Source of the DNA: a virus
Length of the DNA: 64,000 nucleotides
Reading direction: 5' to 3' (one strand)
IMG/VR virus record: IMGVR_UViG_3300015202_000003
Coordinates: 21,413-85,412 of that record
Below are positions 9,929-19,731 of the stretch, in pieces (the stretch's first letter is position 1; every line of letters begins with the position of its first letter). The notes under the pieces are model-generated. The model was given only the letters and a program-made list of their open reading frames with translations, ran no database searches and was not told the DNA's origin. The translations under genes were made by a program, and so were the position numbers.

Positions 9929-10426
9929 ATGCTCTCTTTAATTTCACCACACTATTCTGAATTGCTTGAAATACAAATCATAAAAGATATTTTCGGAAAA
10001 TTTAAAAAAGAAAGTAGAAAATATCACTTAAACGATTTAAAACGTGTCAGAAATTTTTTCTATGGTTTTTTCAACGATGTAGAAATAGAAGAAATTGTTC
10101 GGGAAGTTCCTGTAGATTTTAGAAGTTTTTCTTACAGAGTCGATTTAAAACCTATTCCAGCAAAGCCGGAATATATGGAAATAGAATTAAAGTTCAATGT
10201 TCCCGATCTTTCTGATTCAAATAAAAAATACCCTCTTCATATCAAGTTGGCAATCTACGAAGATGCGATAGCGGTTATGTTGTTTGAAATTCCACGAGCA
10301 GTTCATTTTTTAAAAACTGAGTTTGAATTTGAAGCAGACGAAGCAGAAAATGCGGATGAGCGTTCTTTAGACCAAGTTATAAAAAGTTTAGAAAAATCTT
10401 TTAAAGCTTTTTCTAAAGTTCTTTAA
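9929..10426 (+). CDS. IYED-family tandem paralog 3
   Basis: PEYMEIELKF...IKLAIYEDAI...FEFEA. Confidence 0.7.
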   Translation: MLSLISPHYSELLEIQIIKDIFGKFKKESRKYHLNDLKRVRNFFYGFFNDVEIEEIVREVPVDFRSFSYRVDLKPIPAKPEYMEIELKFNVPDLSDSNKKYPLHIKLAIYEDAIAVMLFEIPRAVHFLKTEFEFEADEAENADERSLDQVIKSLEKSFKAFSKVL

Positions 10427-10574
10427 AAGGCGTTATAAATAATCTGACAATCTTGTGTTAGAAGGGCATATTTTTTTAAAACTATTTTCAACGATGTTTC
10501 TTGTGTGTCTTCTTGGTTTCCTGATAGTTTAGAACTAAAGAATTATTTACAATTTTTAAAAGTCAACTATAAAA

Positions 10575-11069
10575 ATGTCAAACAATTTAATCCCGATTAA
10601 AAAATGTCTGAAGTGTAAAATTGAAAAAGAAAAAAGCGAATTAAATTTTAAATTAAACAAAAAAACAAATTGTTTATCTTCGAGATGTTTGGTTTGTTTA
10701 AAGAAGCAGTCTAAGAAATCTTCTTTAAAAAGGAGAAATAGAATTAGAAATCTTCCTTACGATTGGGATAAAAATAAATGGGAGTTAACTAAAAAAGCTT
10801 TTGATTACAGATGTGTTTACTGTGGTATTACAGAGGAAGAATTAAAAGAGAAAAACCAAGTCCTACATCAAGACCATCTTTATCCGGTTTCTAAAAAAGG
10901 TTGTCCCGGCAGTGTTTTGGGAAACTTTGTAAGTTCCTGTTTATTTTGCAACTTGTCAAAAAAAAGTAAAAGTCCTTTAAAGTGGGTTAGAGACAAAGAG
11001 AAATTAAAATTTATTTTGGAAACATTAGAATCTTTGAAAGAAGACTGTGAACCTAATAAAGAAGATTAA
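10575..11069 (+). CDS. HNH endonuclease with N-terminal Zn ribbon (free-standing, possibly homing)
   Basis: CVYCG...HQDHLYPVSKKG...NFVSSCLFCNLSK; N-terminal CLKC...CLVC. Confidence 0.85.
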   Translation: MSNNLIPIKKCLKCKIEKEKSELNFKLNKKTNCLSSRCLVCLKKQSKKSSLKRRNRIRNLPYDWDKNKWELTKKAFDYRCVYCGITEEELKEKNQVLHQDHLYPVSKKGCPGSVLGNFVSSCLFCNLSKKSKSPLKWVRDKEKLKFILETLESLKEDCEPNKED

Positions 11070-11168
11070 TTGTTTATAGTTTAGTTATAGAAAATAAAGA
11101 GATTAGAGATTATATTTTCGATACAGAAGACAATCTTAAACAAGAAGAAATTTAAAAAAACAAAAGCT

Positions 11169-11678
11169 ATGTCTAATATTGTTTTGTGTGTATATAAACC
11201 TTCTACTACTTTTTTTTATGAAGAAAAACTTCTAAAATCTTTTTTTCTAAAATCTTTTTTTGGAATTAAAGAGGTTTTCTTTTCTTTTTTTATGTCTTTT
11301 CCTAATAGTTTTTCAGGGGTGGGGCTTGAGTTTATAAACATACAAAAACAGTTGATAAAAAAGAAACTTCCTGTTTATTTTAAATTAGAAACAGACTGCG
11401 AAGAAAACCCTACGTATTTTAATTTGCGTTTGGAGTTCGTTACTTTTGAAAGAAGCGTTGCTTTTGAGTTGGATATTTATGAAGATGCCATTGTTTTAAC
11501 TCCTAAAAAAGAATCTTTATTTTATTTTCCTCGGACTCTTATAGAGTTAAGTCCTCATGTAGCTAACAGTTTTGATTACGAATTTAAAAAAGGAGATGGA
11601 TTAGATGAAATTACTCTTCAATTAACCAGAGGTTTTGTTGCTTTGTTCAGTGAAATAAAACCTTATTATATAAAATAA
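11169..11678 (+). CDS. IYED-family tandem paralog 4
   Basis: NPTYFNLRLEF...FELDIYEDAI...FDYEF. Confidence 0.7.
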   Translation: MSNIVLCVYKPSTTFFYEEKLLKSFFLKSFFGIKEVFFSFFMSFPNSFSGVGLEFINIQKQLIKKKLPVYFKLETDCEENPTYFNLRLEFVTFERSVAFELDIYEDAIVLTPKKESLFYFPRTLIELSPHVANSFDYEFKKGDGLDEITLQLTRGFVALFSEIKPYYIK

Positions 11679-11738
11679 ATTATGAAGTTAAAAATAAAAC
11701 CTTATTATATAAAATAAATTATGAAGTTAAAAATAAAA
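11653..11738 (+). repeat. 39-bp tandem duplication (2.2 copies)
   Basis: aaataaaaccttattatataaaataaattatgaagttaa at 11653-11691 and 11692-11730, plus 8 nt. Confidence 0.9.
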
Positions 11739-11739
11739 A

Positions 11740-12244
11740 ATGTTACAAACTAAAATGGTTTCAAGTGAAGCAGTTATAGATAAGTTTAGGGGGGGGTTCG
11801 GGTTTTTCAAAAATAATTCATTTTTTTGAAAATTTTTTTAAACTGGGTTTTTTAAGCACAAAAGAGTCTCCAAATAAGTTTTCAGGGTTAGGTTCAGATT
11901 TATTTGTTTTAGTAAGTTCTTTTCAAGGTAAACAGCTTCCAATTTCGTTGCGACTGGGTTTATACGACAGAGATAAGATAGAGTGTTACGAGTTACAAAC
12001 CTTCTTTTATATGGGGGTAGATAGCTACGCTTTTTCCCTTGAAATTTACGAAGATTCTATTGTTGCCAAAGAGATTTTAGAATCTGAATTTCCCCATACG
12101 GGAGGGACAACAATTCACAATTTAAAATCTCTATCTAAGTTTAATTACGAATCTAAATCTTCAACGTCTAATTTTGAAGATTTAACTACACATATAGAAG
12201 AAGGTTTCAAAAGTTTATTAGCGGAATTAAAACATAAATTTTAA
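11740..12244 (+). pseudogene. IYED-family paralog 5, frameshifted at a G8 tract (ORF track shows only 11948-12244)
   Basis: ATG 11740 frame stops at 11827; the next frame is open 11780-12244; deleting one G from 11789-11796 gives a 167-aa protein aligning with 12753-13259. Confidence 0.7.
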
Positions 12245-12249
12245 AAATT

Positions 12250-12741
12250 ATGGTTACTATAATAGAGGCTGAATCTAAAAATAGAGGTTGTGTGGATTTA
12301 AAAACCTACTCCGAAATCTCTGGTATTTTTAACAAGTTTTTCAAAAGAGAAGCGTATTTTTCTTTAAAGAGAGTGGAAGAAAACAATAATTTTAATTTCT
12401 TCGTATCGGTTTTAATTGGTTTTGTTGCATCTTTTAAGGGTAACAACGTAAACATTCCAATTCGTTTTAAAGTGGAAGTTGATAAAACACTAAAACCTGA
12501 CTACTGTTCATTGTTTTTAGAGTTCTTTTTTAGAGAAGGTTCTTATCAATTAACCTTAGAAATTTATCCTGATTCTATTTTTGCTAAAAGCGAAAGTAAA
12601 AATTGTCCTTTTATTTCTTCTGATTTTTTTAATTTTGAATCTAAAAAAGAAACATTTAGTATTAAAGAAATGATAGATAGTTTAGAATCAGGTTTTCAAA
12701 ATGTTTTGAAAGAATTGAAAGTTTGTTATAAGAGTAACTAA
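12250..12741 (+). CDS. IYED-family tandem paralog 6
   Basis: KPDYCSLFLEF...LTLEIYPDSI...FNFESK. Confidence 0.7.
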   Translation: MVTIIEAESKNRGCVDLKTYSEISGIFNKFFKREAYFSLKRVEENNNFNFFVSVLIGFVASFKGNNVNIPIRFKVEVDKTLKPDYCSLFLEFFFREGSYQLTLEIYPDSIFAKSESKNCPFISSDFFNFESKKETFSIKEMIDSLESGFQNVLKELKVCYKSN

Positions 12742-12752
12742 ACAGTAAAACC

Positions 12753-13259
12753 ATGTTAAAAGATTTAATACTTAAAGTCCAAGCTAATCGAAGTCTTTAT
12801 ACAGGAGAAAAGGCTTTTCACAAAATAAACTCCGTTTTCGTTGTTTTTTTTGATGATGTATTTCCTTCGGCTACCCAAGAAAAAAAGAAATTTTATCTTT
12901 TTGGTTCTTGTTTGTCTGATTTGGGCGTATTAATTTCATCAAATGATCTACCTGTTTCTTTTGTTTTAAGTTGTGATAACGACATAAATCCTGATTGTTA
13001 TCTGTTAGAAATGGAATTTTTCTCTGGTAAAGAGAGTCTTTTTATAGAAATCTCAGTTTATTCTGACTTAATAGAAGTCTCAAAACCTAATAATTTAGTT
13101 AGCTATTCTCCTTCTCGTATTAATTTAAAATCTAATGTTATTGACTCTTTTAAATATGAAAGCAATAAACCAGAACCTGATTATAAAGAATTAGAAAATA
13201 CGTTGAAAAACGGTTTTTCGGATTTGTTAAACCAATTAAAACCTTATTACGTTAAATAA
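12753..13259 (+). CDS. IYED-family tandem paralog 7
   Basis: NPDCYLLEMEF...IEISVYSDLI...FKYESNK; ends LKPYYVK like paralog 4 (IKPYYIK). Confidence 0.7.
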   Translation: MLKDLILKVQANRSLYTGEKAFHKINSVFVVFFDDVFPSATQEKKKFYLFGSCLSDLGVLISSNDLPVSFVLSCDNDINPDCYLLEMEFFSGKESLFIEISVYSDLIEVSKPNNLVSYSPSRINLKSNVIDSFKYESNKPEPDYKELENTLKNGFSDLLNQLKPYYVK

Positions 13260-13265
13260 GCTAAT

Positions 13266-13730
13266 ATGGAAAGACAAGAATTTATCTCTTTGAGAGACGA
13301 TTTTTCGACTATGAAAGGAGACTCTGAGATTTTAAAAGCCGGGGATTTAAAACAGCTAAGAAGTTTTTTACTTTCTTATTTTGGTGAAATTAAATTAAAA
13401 ATGAAAACTTTATACAGCTCTGATTTTGATTTTAGTTTTGATTTAAAACCCACAGCACATAACCCCGAATACTTAGATTTACAATTGGTTTTTAGCGTAG
13501 ATACTGGACATCATTTTTATCAACAACCATTCGTTTTAAATTTAGCAATTTACGATGATAGTATTAGTTTAGGCCCGGAAAATAGTTTTTCTAATCTCAG
13601 TAAGTGGCTCAACTTCGTTTACGGTTTCGAGTGGGATTTTGAAGCTGAGGAAACACCTTCGTTTTCTTCCGTTAAAGAACATTTAATTGACTGTTTCAAA
13701 GAACTAAGCAAAATTTTGTCTTTAAATTAA
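13266..13730 (+). CDS. IYED-family tandem paralog 8
   Basis: NPEYLDLQLVF...LNLAIYDDSI...WDFEA. Confidence 0.7.
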   Translation: MERQEFISLRDDFSTMKGDSEILKAGDLKQLRSFLLSYFGEIKLKMKTLYSSDFDFSFDLKPTAHNPEYLDLQLVFSVDTGHHFYQQPFVLNLAIYDDSISLGPENSFSNLSKWLNFVYGFEWDFEAEETPSFSSVKEHLIDCFKELSKILSLN

Positions 13731-13767
13731 AAAATGATAGAGAAAGAAAGTTAAAAAATTAAAAATT

Positions 13768-15204
13768 ATGGCTATCAAAACCGCAGATAAGTTTGAGCAG
13801 GAACTATTACAAGAATGTTCTAATGGGGAAATCCCCTCGGATATTAATTTTTACTACAATTTGAAATTAGACAAGTGTTTAATAAATTTTTTACAGTGGC
13901 ACTCTCCAATAGATAAAACCAATGCTAAAAAGTTAGCTTCTCAGTATTTCAAAAGAATTTCGGTAGCAACAAACAGTGCTTTACCGTCTTGGGTAGAAAA
14001 AACCGTGTCGGGAAATTCTTTAGGGGTAAGAAGTAGTTTTCTCCCTAATTACGGTTATACCCCTTATGGTAGAGGCAACGGTTTTAATTGGGGTCAGAGT
14101 TCAGTTTTTGCAAACACAAATCCTTCTAATGGGGGCACAGGAGGCTCTAATTCGGGAGGAAATAGTTCTTCTTCGGGAAGTTCGTCTTCTGCCGCCAATA
14201 GCTTAGAAATGGCGGATATGGGTGTTTCTACGGGTGTAGGAAGTGGTAGTGATGCTGCGGGGGGAGTTTACGAATCTGTTAAAAAACCTAAAAAATTTAA
14301 AAATAGTTTTGAGAAGGAATTGTTCTCTTGTTATGAAAATAAAACAATTCCAACGGATGTTGTTTTTTATTACAATTTTGATTTAGACAAGTGTTTTGTT
14401 AATATGGGAGATTGGCATATCAATGAAGAGTTTGACGCTTGTGAAAAATTAGCTGAAAATTACTTCTCTGATGTAGACATTGAGAGTGAAGCGGGAACAC
14501 CTTCTTGGGCAACGGAAAAAGACAAAGTAAGCGGGTATGATTTTGGTTTTCCAACTCAGAATTTATCTAACGAAGAGAGAGAAGAATATCAGAAAAACAA
14601 AGCTTCTAAAATTTTAAAAGAAAACGGAGGCACGACAAGTAAAATTAAATTTACAGGGCCGGATGGAAAAGTATATGGAGGAAAACTACTTCTTATAGAA
14701 AATAAAGGAACAAAATCCAATCCTAATTTTTACATTGAGTGGGAATCAAACAGCAACAAAAAGTATTCTGTTCAAGAAAAAGAACATAAAATTAAAAACA
14801 TTGAAATTTTAAGGGAAGGAAACGGAGCGGAAGGGGATGAAATCATAGACGGCTACACTCAAAAACAAGCAATTGAAGATGGTTTATTAATTGAAGTTTC
14901 AAAAAACTATCCGGAAGAAGCTAAATTTTATAAATACCCTGTTTTATTTTTAAAATCTTTGTGGGATGTTGTTGTGAAAGTAGCGGGTTCAAAAACAAAC
15001 ATGTCGGATATGAATGGGATTTTGCGGGACATTTTATATCTCACTTCCAAACATCCTGTTCAAAAACCAAATGCTGTTACCCATATTACGATAGTTAAAA
15101 TAGGGAAGAAAAATTATAAGATTAAAGCTGTTGTTACGGGTGATGATATGGGAGAACCAGTTGTCTTAGTCGGGGAATTAAACGATTCAATGTTCGACCA
15201 GTAA
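13768..15204 (+). CDS. Multidomain protein: duplicated ~75-aa domain, Gly/Ser linker, C-terminal DUF6573-like domain
   Basis: FEQEL...IP.D..FYYN..LDKC..N...WH occurs twice; C-terminal YTQKQAIEDGLLIEVS...YKYPV....LWD. Confidence 0.6.
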   Translation: MAIKTADKFEQELLQECSNGEIPSDINFYYNLKLDKCLINFLQWHSPIDKTNAKKLASQYFKRISVATNSALPSWVEKTVSGNSLGVRSSFLPNYGYTPYGRGNGFNWGQSSVFANTNPSNGGTGGSNSGGNSSSSGSSSSAANSLEMADMGVSTGVGSGSDAAGGVYESVKKPKKFKNSFEKELFSCYENKTIPTDVVFYYNFDLDKCFVNMGDWHINEEFDACEKLAENYFSDVDIESEAGTPSWATEKDKVSGYDFGFPTQNLSNEEREEYQKNKASKILKENGGTTSKIKFTGPDGKVYGGKLLLIENKGTKSNPNFYIEWESNSNKKYSVQEKEHKIKNIEILREGNGAEGDEIIDGYTQKQAIEDGLLIEVSKNYPEEAKFYKYPVLFLKSLWDVVVKVAGSKTNMSDMNGILRDILYLTSKHPVQKPNAVTHITIVKIGKKNYKIKAVVTGDDMGEPVVLVGELNDSMFDQ

Positions 15205-15287
15205 AAAAATCAAGAGAACATTAGAAATTATTTTTTAGGTTAGCTATTAAAATCTTTTTCTTGGACAATAAAATAAAATTTAAAATT

Positions 15288-15322
15288 AGCCTTTGTCTTT
15301 TTTCGGACAAAGGCTTTTTTTT
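15288..15322 (+). terminator. Rho-independent terminator
   Basis: agcctttgtc / gacaaaggct followed by T run. Confidence 0.8.
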
Positions 15323-15449
15323 ATCTAATAAACAATTTTTTAAATTTTTCTGACTTCAATTTACAAATAATTTATTAGATAGATGAGTTAAACCCCCATT
15401 AAAATTTGTTTGTAAATCTATTAAACTCTTTTTTAATCATTGTATTCTC

Positions 15450-16169
15450 ATGTTAAATTTACAAGAAAAACTTTCGGAAAACGAACTTCTCAAAATTTTC
15501 TATTTAAAATACCCTTTGCTTAAACCAACGTATAACATAACAAAAGAATTATACGAACAGACTGTAATAAAATTTCAACAGTCTAATTTCGATTTTAATT
15601 TGCCAACACTGTTTATTTCCCCTCACGATTTATCCAAATTGTGTTTTACCTTAGCATTAAGTAAAATGGGGTATGCTTATTCTTTAGAATTTCTTTCTTT
15701 AGGGGATGTTTTATCTATTTGGCTCTCTCAACACGAACAATATAAGTCTTATCGGGAAGTGAGAAAAGACATTGTTTCCATTTCTTTTGGGTGTGCTGAT
15801 TTGCCAAACAAAGAGTCAGGAACAATTTTAGAAAATTCTTTGGACGTAACTCTTCAGAAAGGTAGGTTAGAGAAAACAAAAGAGTATGGGATAGATAAAA
15901 TAACGGGTCAAAACATTTGGTTTTATTTTCGAGGCACGGCGCCAGAACTTTCTTTAAAATATCCTCGTTTAGTCCAAACTTTAAAGGAGAATAAAATTCA
16001 AGTTTTGTCTATCGGAGGTTTTGCTCATCAAATAGAAACCTCAATAGAAAACAATAGAAAGATTACAAGAGAAGAAAAACAAGAAGTGCCTGATTCTGAA
16101 GATTCTATTCAAACCAACGATTCCAGTCCCAAATTAAAAAGTAGAGAAGTTCCTTTTCCTATTTTTTAA
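15450..16169 (+). CDS. Hypothetical protein, possibly a degenerate DnaC/IstB-like helicase loader
   Basis: Directly upstream of the helicase; spacing loosely resembles the DnaC C-terminal half but there is no Walker A. Confidence 0.3.
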   Translation: MLNLQEKLSENELLKIFYLKYPLLKPTYNITKELYEQTVIKFQQSNFDFNLPTLFISPHDLSKLCFTLALSKMGYAYSLEFLSLGDVLSIWLSQHEQYKSYREVRKDIVSISFGCADLPNKESGTILENSLDVTLQKGRLEKTKEYGIDKITGQNIWFYFRGTAPELSLKYPRLVQTLKENKIQVLSIGGFAHQIETSIENNRKITREEKQEVPDSEDSIQTNDSSPKLKSREVPFPIF

Positions 16170-16252
16170 TTTGACTTACAATCTTTTTTCATAAAGTTGA
16201 AAAAATTAAGTTGTCTATTTTAACTTTAAAATTACCGTTCAAAATATAACTA

Positions 16253-17689
16253 ATGTTCATAGTATTAAAATCATTATTCGACAAGCCTTTAAGCGAAGTA
16301 GAAACTGTTTGGTCTGTTTTAGGAAATGTTTACAATCAAGTTTTGTTAGAGGATTCCGAACTAAGACATGTTAAGTTTTTCAAACAGTGTATTGAATTAA
16401 CGGGCTATTCTCCAACTGAAGTTTCTTTTTTAGAAGAGTTTGGAGAAGATGAAAAAATTTATTTAAACGCTGTAGAAGCCGTTTCTATCTCGGATGCTCG
16501 TTTAAGAGTTTCAAGAATTTTTCAAGAAAGAAGAAATCTGTTACAGGTTCAAAATTTACAGGGTTTACTACCTCAAATTTTAGAAGAGGGTTTTTCTCCT
16601 GAAGTAGAAAGAGAGTTTTTAAAAATTAAATCTCAGGGTATTACAAGCAACAAAGTAAAAGAAGTTTCTTTAGATTACCAAGAACAGTTTGAAAAAGTTT
16701 ATGCTGAAAGAAAAGCCAATCCAGATGGTATTTTAACTTTCATTCCAGAAGTAGACGACTATGCGGGCGGTATTACGGATGGAAGTTTGACAACTATTGG
16801 GGGCTATAGTTCGCATGGAAAAAGCGTCTGGGCAGTGAACATGGCTTATTGCAACTGTTTTTACGCCCATAAAAAAGTATGTTTTTTATCTTTTGAATTA
16901 ACTAAAAATGAGATGTTGTTTAATTTGTTGTGTAGACATTCTGCTGATAGTAAATTTACCAAATACGAATACATTTCTCACGACAAACAAAGAAAGGGAA
17001 GATTGACGGCAGAAGAAGAAGATTATTTATATAATGTTGTCGCTTCGGACTTTATGGAATTTGGAGGTAACGGGGGATGTTTTATTTTATTGGACGGCTC
17101 TGACTTTGTAGATATGTCTTTTTCCTCTTTACAAGCTAAAATGGAAGAAGTAGATGAAAAATATGGCCCTGTAGATGTTTGGTTTTGGGATTACATTCAA
17201 ATTTTTGGAGAAGTGACTTTACCAGAATTTAGAGGTTTAGACATAAGGTCTAAAGTAGATGCCTACGCTTTTAAAATCTTGAGTTGGGCATTAAATTTCA
17301 GAGGGAGAAAAACCTGTCAAATTCTTTTGGCACAAACGAACCGTGAAGGGGTAGAAAAAGCGGCGAAAAATGGAGGTAAGTATGAACCAAGTGCTTCTTG
17401 TTTATATTTTTGTAACGGGCCTTATACATGGGCCACAAGATTTATGACGGTTTTCTCTTCTCCCGGATCGAGAGAGACAAAAGGGGCCGTTATTTGTGTA
17501 TTAAAATCCCGCAACGGAAGGTCAACAATTGATCCTTTAGATGTTTATTTTGATCCTGCTTCTTACGTTTTTGGACTAACTCCTGAAAATTTAAAAGCTA
17601 CTCCTTCTTTTAGCTCTATGGTAGGAGCTTTAGCTCCTGTGGTAACTGGTTCTAAAGTGGAATTAGATGAAAGTTTCTTGGGTTTGTAG
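16253..17689 (+). CDS. dnaB: DnaB-like replicative helicase
   Basis: TTIGGYSSHGKS Walker A, SFELTK, WDYIQ, LLAQTNRE, KSRNG arginine finger. Confidence 0.85.
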   Translation: MFIVLKSLFDKPLSEVETVWSVLGNVYNQVLLEDSELRHVKFFKQCIELTGYSPTEVSFLEEFGEDEKIYLNAVEAVSISDARLRVSRIFQERRNLLQVQNLQGLLPQILEEGFSPEVEREFLKIKSQGITSNKVKEVSLDYQEQFEKVYAERKANPDGILTFIPEVDDYAGGITDGSLTTIGGYSSHGKSVWAVNMAYCNCFYAHKKVCFLSFELTKNEMLFNLLCRHSADSKFTKYEYISHDKQRKGRLTAEEEDYLYNVVASDFMEFGGNGGCFILLDGSDFVDMSFSSLQAKMEEVDEKYGPVDVWFWDYIQIFGEVTLPEFRGLDIRSKVDAYAFKILSWALNFRGRKTCQILLAQTNREGVEKAAKNGGKYEPSASCLYFCNGPYTWATRFMTVFSSPGSRETKGAVICVLKSRNGRSTIDPLDVYFDPASYVFGLTPENLKATPSFSSMVGALAPVVTGSKVELDESFLGL

Positions 17690-17694
17690 GATTT

Positions 17695-17752
17695 AATAAC
17701 TTAAATTAAAAAAGAGAGGAATCTTCGTTCTTCTCTTTTTGTCTTTTAAACG
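17695..17752 (+). repeat. 58-bp exact dispersed repeat (copy 1) with GAATCTTCGTTC hairpin
   Basis: Identical to 42823-42880. Confidence 0.9.
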
Positions 17753-17772
17753 AGAAGTATTTCAATTGAAAA

Positions 17773-18045
17773 ATGGAAAAAACAAATAAAGATTTAGACG
17801 CTCTTAGAGATGCTTTTCAAATTTTATCAATTGAAAAAGTTTTAGGTTTTTCTTTTGACTTGGAGATTCTTCTTTGTGAAGATATAAATGTAAGAACAAA
17901 GGAAATTTTAATTGCTCTCTCTTATTTTTTAAAGGTTGGAGACTTTTCTTTGTTAAAAGATCAAATAGAACATACGTTGTCTTTACATTTGGAGCAAGAA
18001 GAGATTCGTAAAGAAGAAAAAATAGAAGATTATTTGAGGTTGTAA
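17773..18045 (+). CDS. Hypothetical protein, paralog of 18050-18412
   Basis: YFLKVGDFSLLKDQIE vs YFHKGDYKKLVEAVE; similar C-termini. Confidence 0.6.
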   Translation: MEKTNKDLDALRDAFQILSIEKVLGFSFDLEILLCEDINVRTKEILIALSYFLKVGDFSLLKDQIEHTLSLHLEQEEIRKEEKIEDYLRL

Positions 18046-18049
18046 TAAA

Positions 18050-18412
18050 ATGTTGGAAGCTAAGAAATATCAATTTTCTGTAGATTTAACAGAGCATCAA
18101 AAAACTTTGTTAGAAATAGTTTTAGAAGATTTTAAAGAAGAAAACAAAGAGCAACAAACCAATTTAAATTTTATTTCAGCTTTTGACCCTTTTGAGTCTT
18201 TTCTTATTCCCAAAAGTTTTTCTTTACGGTTTTCTCACTGTAAAAACAAATCGAATTTAAATAAATGTGTAAGAGCTATTTTAGAAGAAATGCGTTTATA
18301 TTTTCACAAAGGAGACTATAAAAAATTAGTTGAAGCAGTTGAAAAAAATTTAAATTCTTACGAAGGGACAGATGTTTTAGAGTCTCAAATTGAAAAGTTT
18401 TTAGAGGTTTGA
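18050..18412 (+). CDS. Hypothetical protein, paralog of 17773-18045
   Basis: See 17773-18045. Confidence 0.6.
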   Translation: MLEAKKYQFSVDLTEHQKTLLEIVLEDFKEENKEQQTNLNFISAFDPFESFLIPKSFSLRFSHCKNKSNLNKCVRAILEEMRLYFHKGDYKKLVEAVEKNLNSYEGTDVLESQIEKFLEV

Positions 18413-18603
18413 ATTAAGAGAAAACCCTTATTTTTAAAAATGGGAGACCTTTATATGGTGAGAGATAGAATTGGGATGTTACGTTTAAATTTTTTGGAAG
18501 AGATACTGAAAAGAAAACTAACAGTTGAATTTTTATGGAAATTTATTTAAGTAAGGGTCAGTCCTAAAAATTAAAAAATAGATTGAGCAAATAAAAAACT
18601 AAC

Positions 18604-19029
18604 GTGAAAATTAAATTTAAAAAATTAGACCTTAAAGCTACATTACCTCAAAGACAAACAGAGGGGAGTGCGGGCTATGATTTAGCAACGATTGAGTCTG
18701 GCATTGTGGCACCTAACCAATCTATAACTTTAAAAACAGGGTTAGCTATACAAATCCCTGAAGGTTATGCGGGATTTATTCTCTCTCGTTCAGGGCATGG
18801 TTTTAAACACGGTTTAAGACTATGTAATTCTGTTGGTTGCACAGATAGCGATTATATTGGGGAAGTTAAAATTAAGATTCATAACGACTCTCAAATAGCT
18901 TACGAAATAAAAGAGGGAGAAAGAATCGCTCAGTTAGTTGTTGTGCCTTATTTATCTTTCGATTGTGAATGGGTAAAAGAATTAGATAAAACAGAAAGAG
19001 GAGAGAATGGTTTTGGAAGCACAAACTAA
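18604..19029 (+). CDS. dut: Trimeric dUTPase
   Basis: GSAGYDL, SRSGHG, VGCTDSDYIGE, RIAQLV, RGENGFGST motifs. Confidence 0.95.
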   Translation: MKIKFKKLDLKATLPQRQTEGSAGYDLATIESGIVAPNQSITLKTGLAIQIPEGYAGFILSRSGHGFKHGLRLCNSVGCTDSDYIGEVKIKIHNDSQIAYEIKEGERIAQLVVVPYLSFDCEWVKELDKTERGENGFGSTN

Positions 19030-19032
19030 AAA

Positions 19033-19248
19033 ATGTTTTTTAAACCTCCTTGGCCTCAAAGAAAAGGAGGTTTAAAAAAAGTTCGTCTCAATCAAACCAG
19101 AGAATTAGATTGTAAAACAATGTCTGTTGTTGAAATTTTCAATTTAATGGAAAACGAAACTGAAGAACAATTAAAACAAAGAATAGATTTAATCAAAGAA
19201 AAGTTTTTATTGTTTTTTAATTTATTTTCGGGTTGGGATTCAATTTAA
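19033..19248 (+). CDS. Hypothetical protein
   Basis: ORF track. Confidence 0.5.
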   Translation: MFFKPPWPQRKGGLKKVRLNQTRELDCKTMSVVEIFNLMENETEEQLKQRIDLIKEKFLLFFNLFSGWDSI

Positions 19249-19322
19249 CTTAGAATCTTCGTTCTTTGTTTCTTTTAATTTTTAGATTGTAAATCTAAGA
19301 TTTGGAAAGTAAAACTTAATGT

Positions 19323-19361
19323 AAAAAAAGAGCCTTTAATTAAGTTTAAAGGCTCTTTTTT
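19323..19361. terminator. Bidirectional terminator
   Basis: aaaaaagagccttta / taaaggctctttttt between convergent genes. Confidence 0.8.
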
Positions 19362-19383
19362 ATGGGTTTTTTTAAGTCTTATC

Positions 19384-19638
19384 TTATTGTCTTGTGGCTT
19401 CTTCCATTTTCATTTCTAATTCGGCAACGTTTTGCAGACTTGTAAGGTAATAAGACGCCGCCCATGTCATTTTAATGAGAGTTTCTTTAGATGGTTTTAC
19501 ATCGAAATGAGAGCGTGTTTTTTCCACTTCCTTTTTATTGGGGAGAAGTTGGTTTTTGGCGAAACTAAGTTTTTCTTCTAAAGAAGCAAAGGGTTTTTTG
19601 TCGGTTTCCCTGTTGTTTTTGTTGGTGTAGTTTTCCAT
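19384..19638 (-). CDS. Hypothetical protein
   Basis: ORF track; conserved bipartite element upstream. Confidence 0.6.
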   Translation of the reverse strand: MENYTNKNNRETDKKPFASLEEKLSFAKNQLLPNKKEVEKTRSHFDVKPSKETLIKMTWAASYYLTSLQNVAELEMKMEEATRQ

Positions 19639-19731
19639 GCTAATTTAAACGCCTCTTCGGGCTTGAAGTTTCCCACAAAAATTTATAACTGATATAAGCC
19701 CTCAAGGGCCACTCTCCGTTATAATTTTCGT

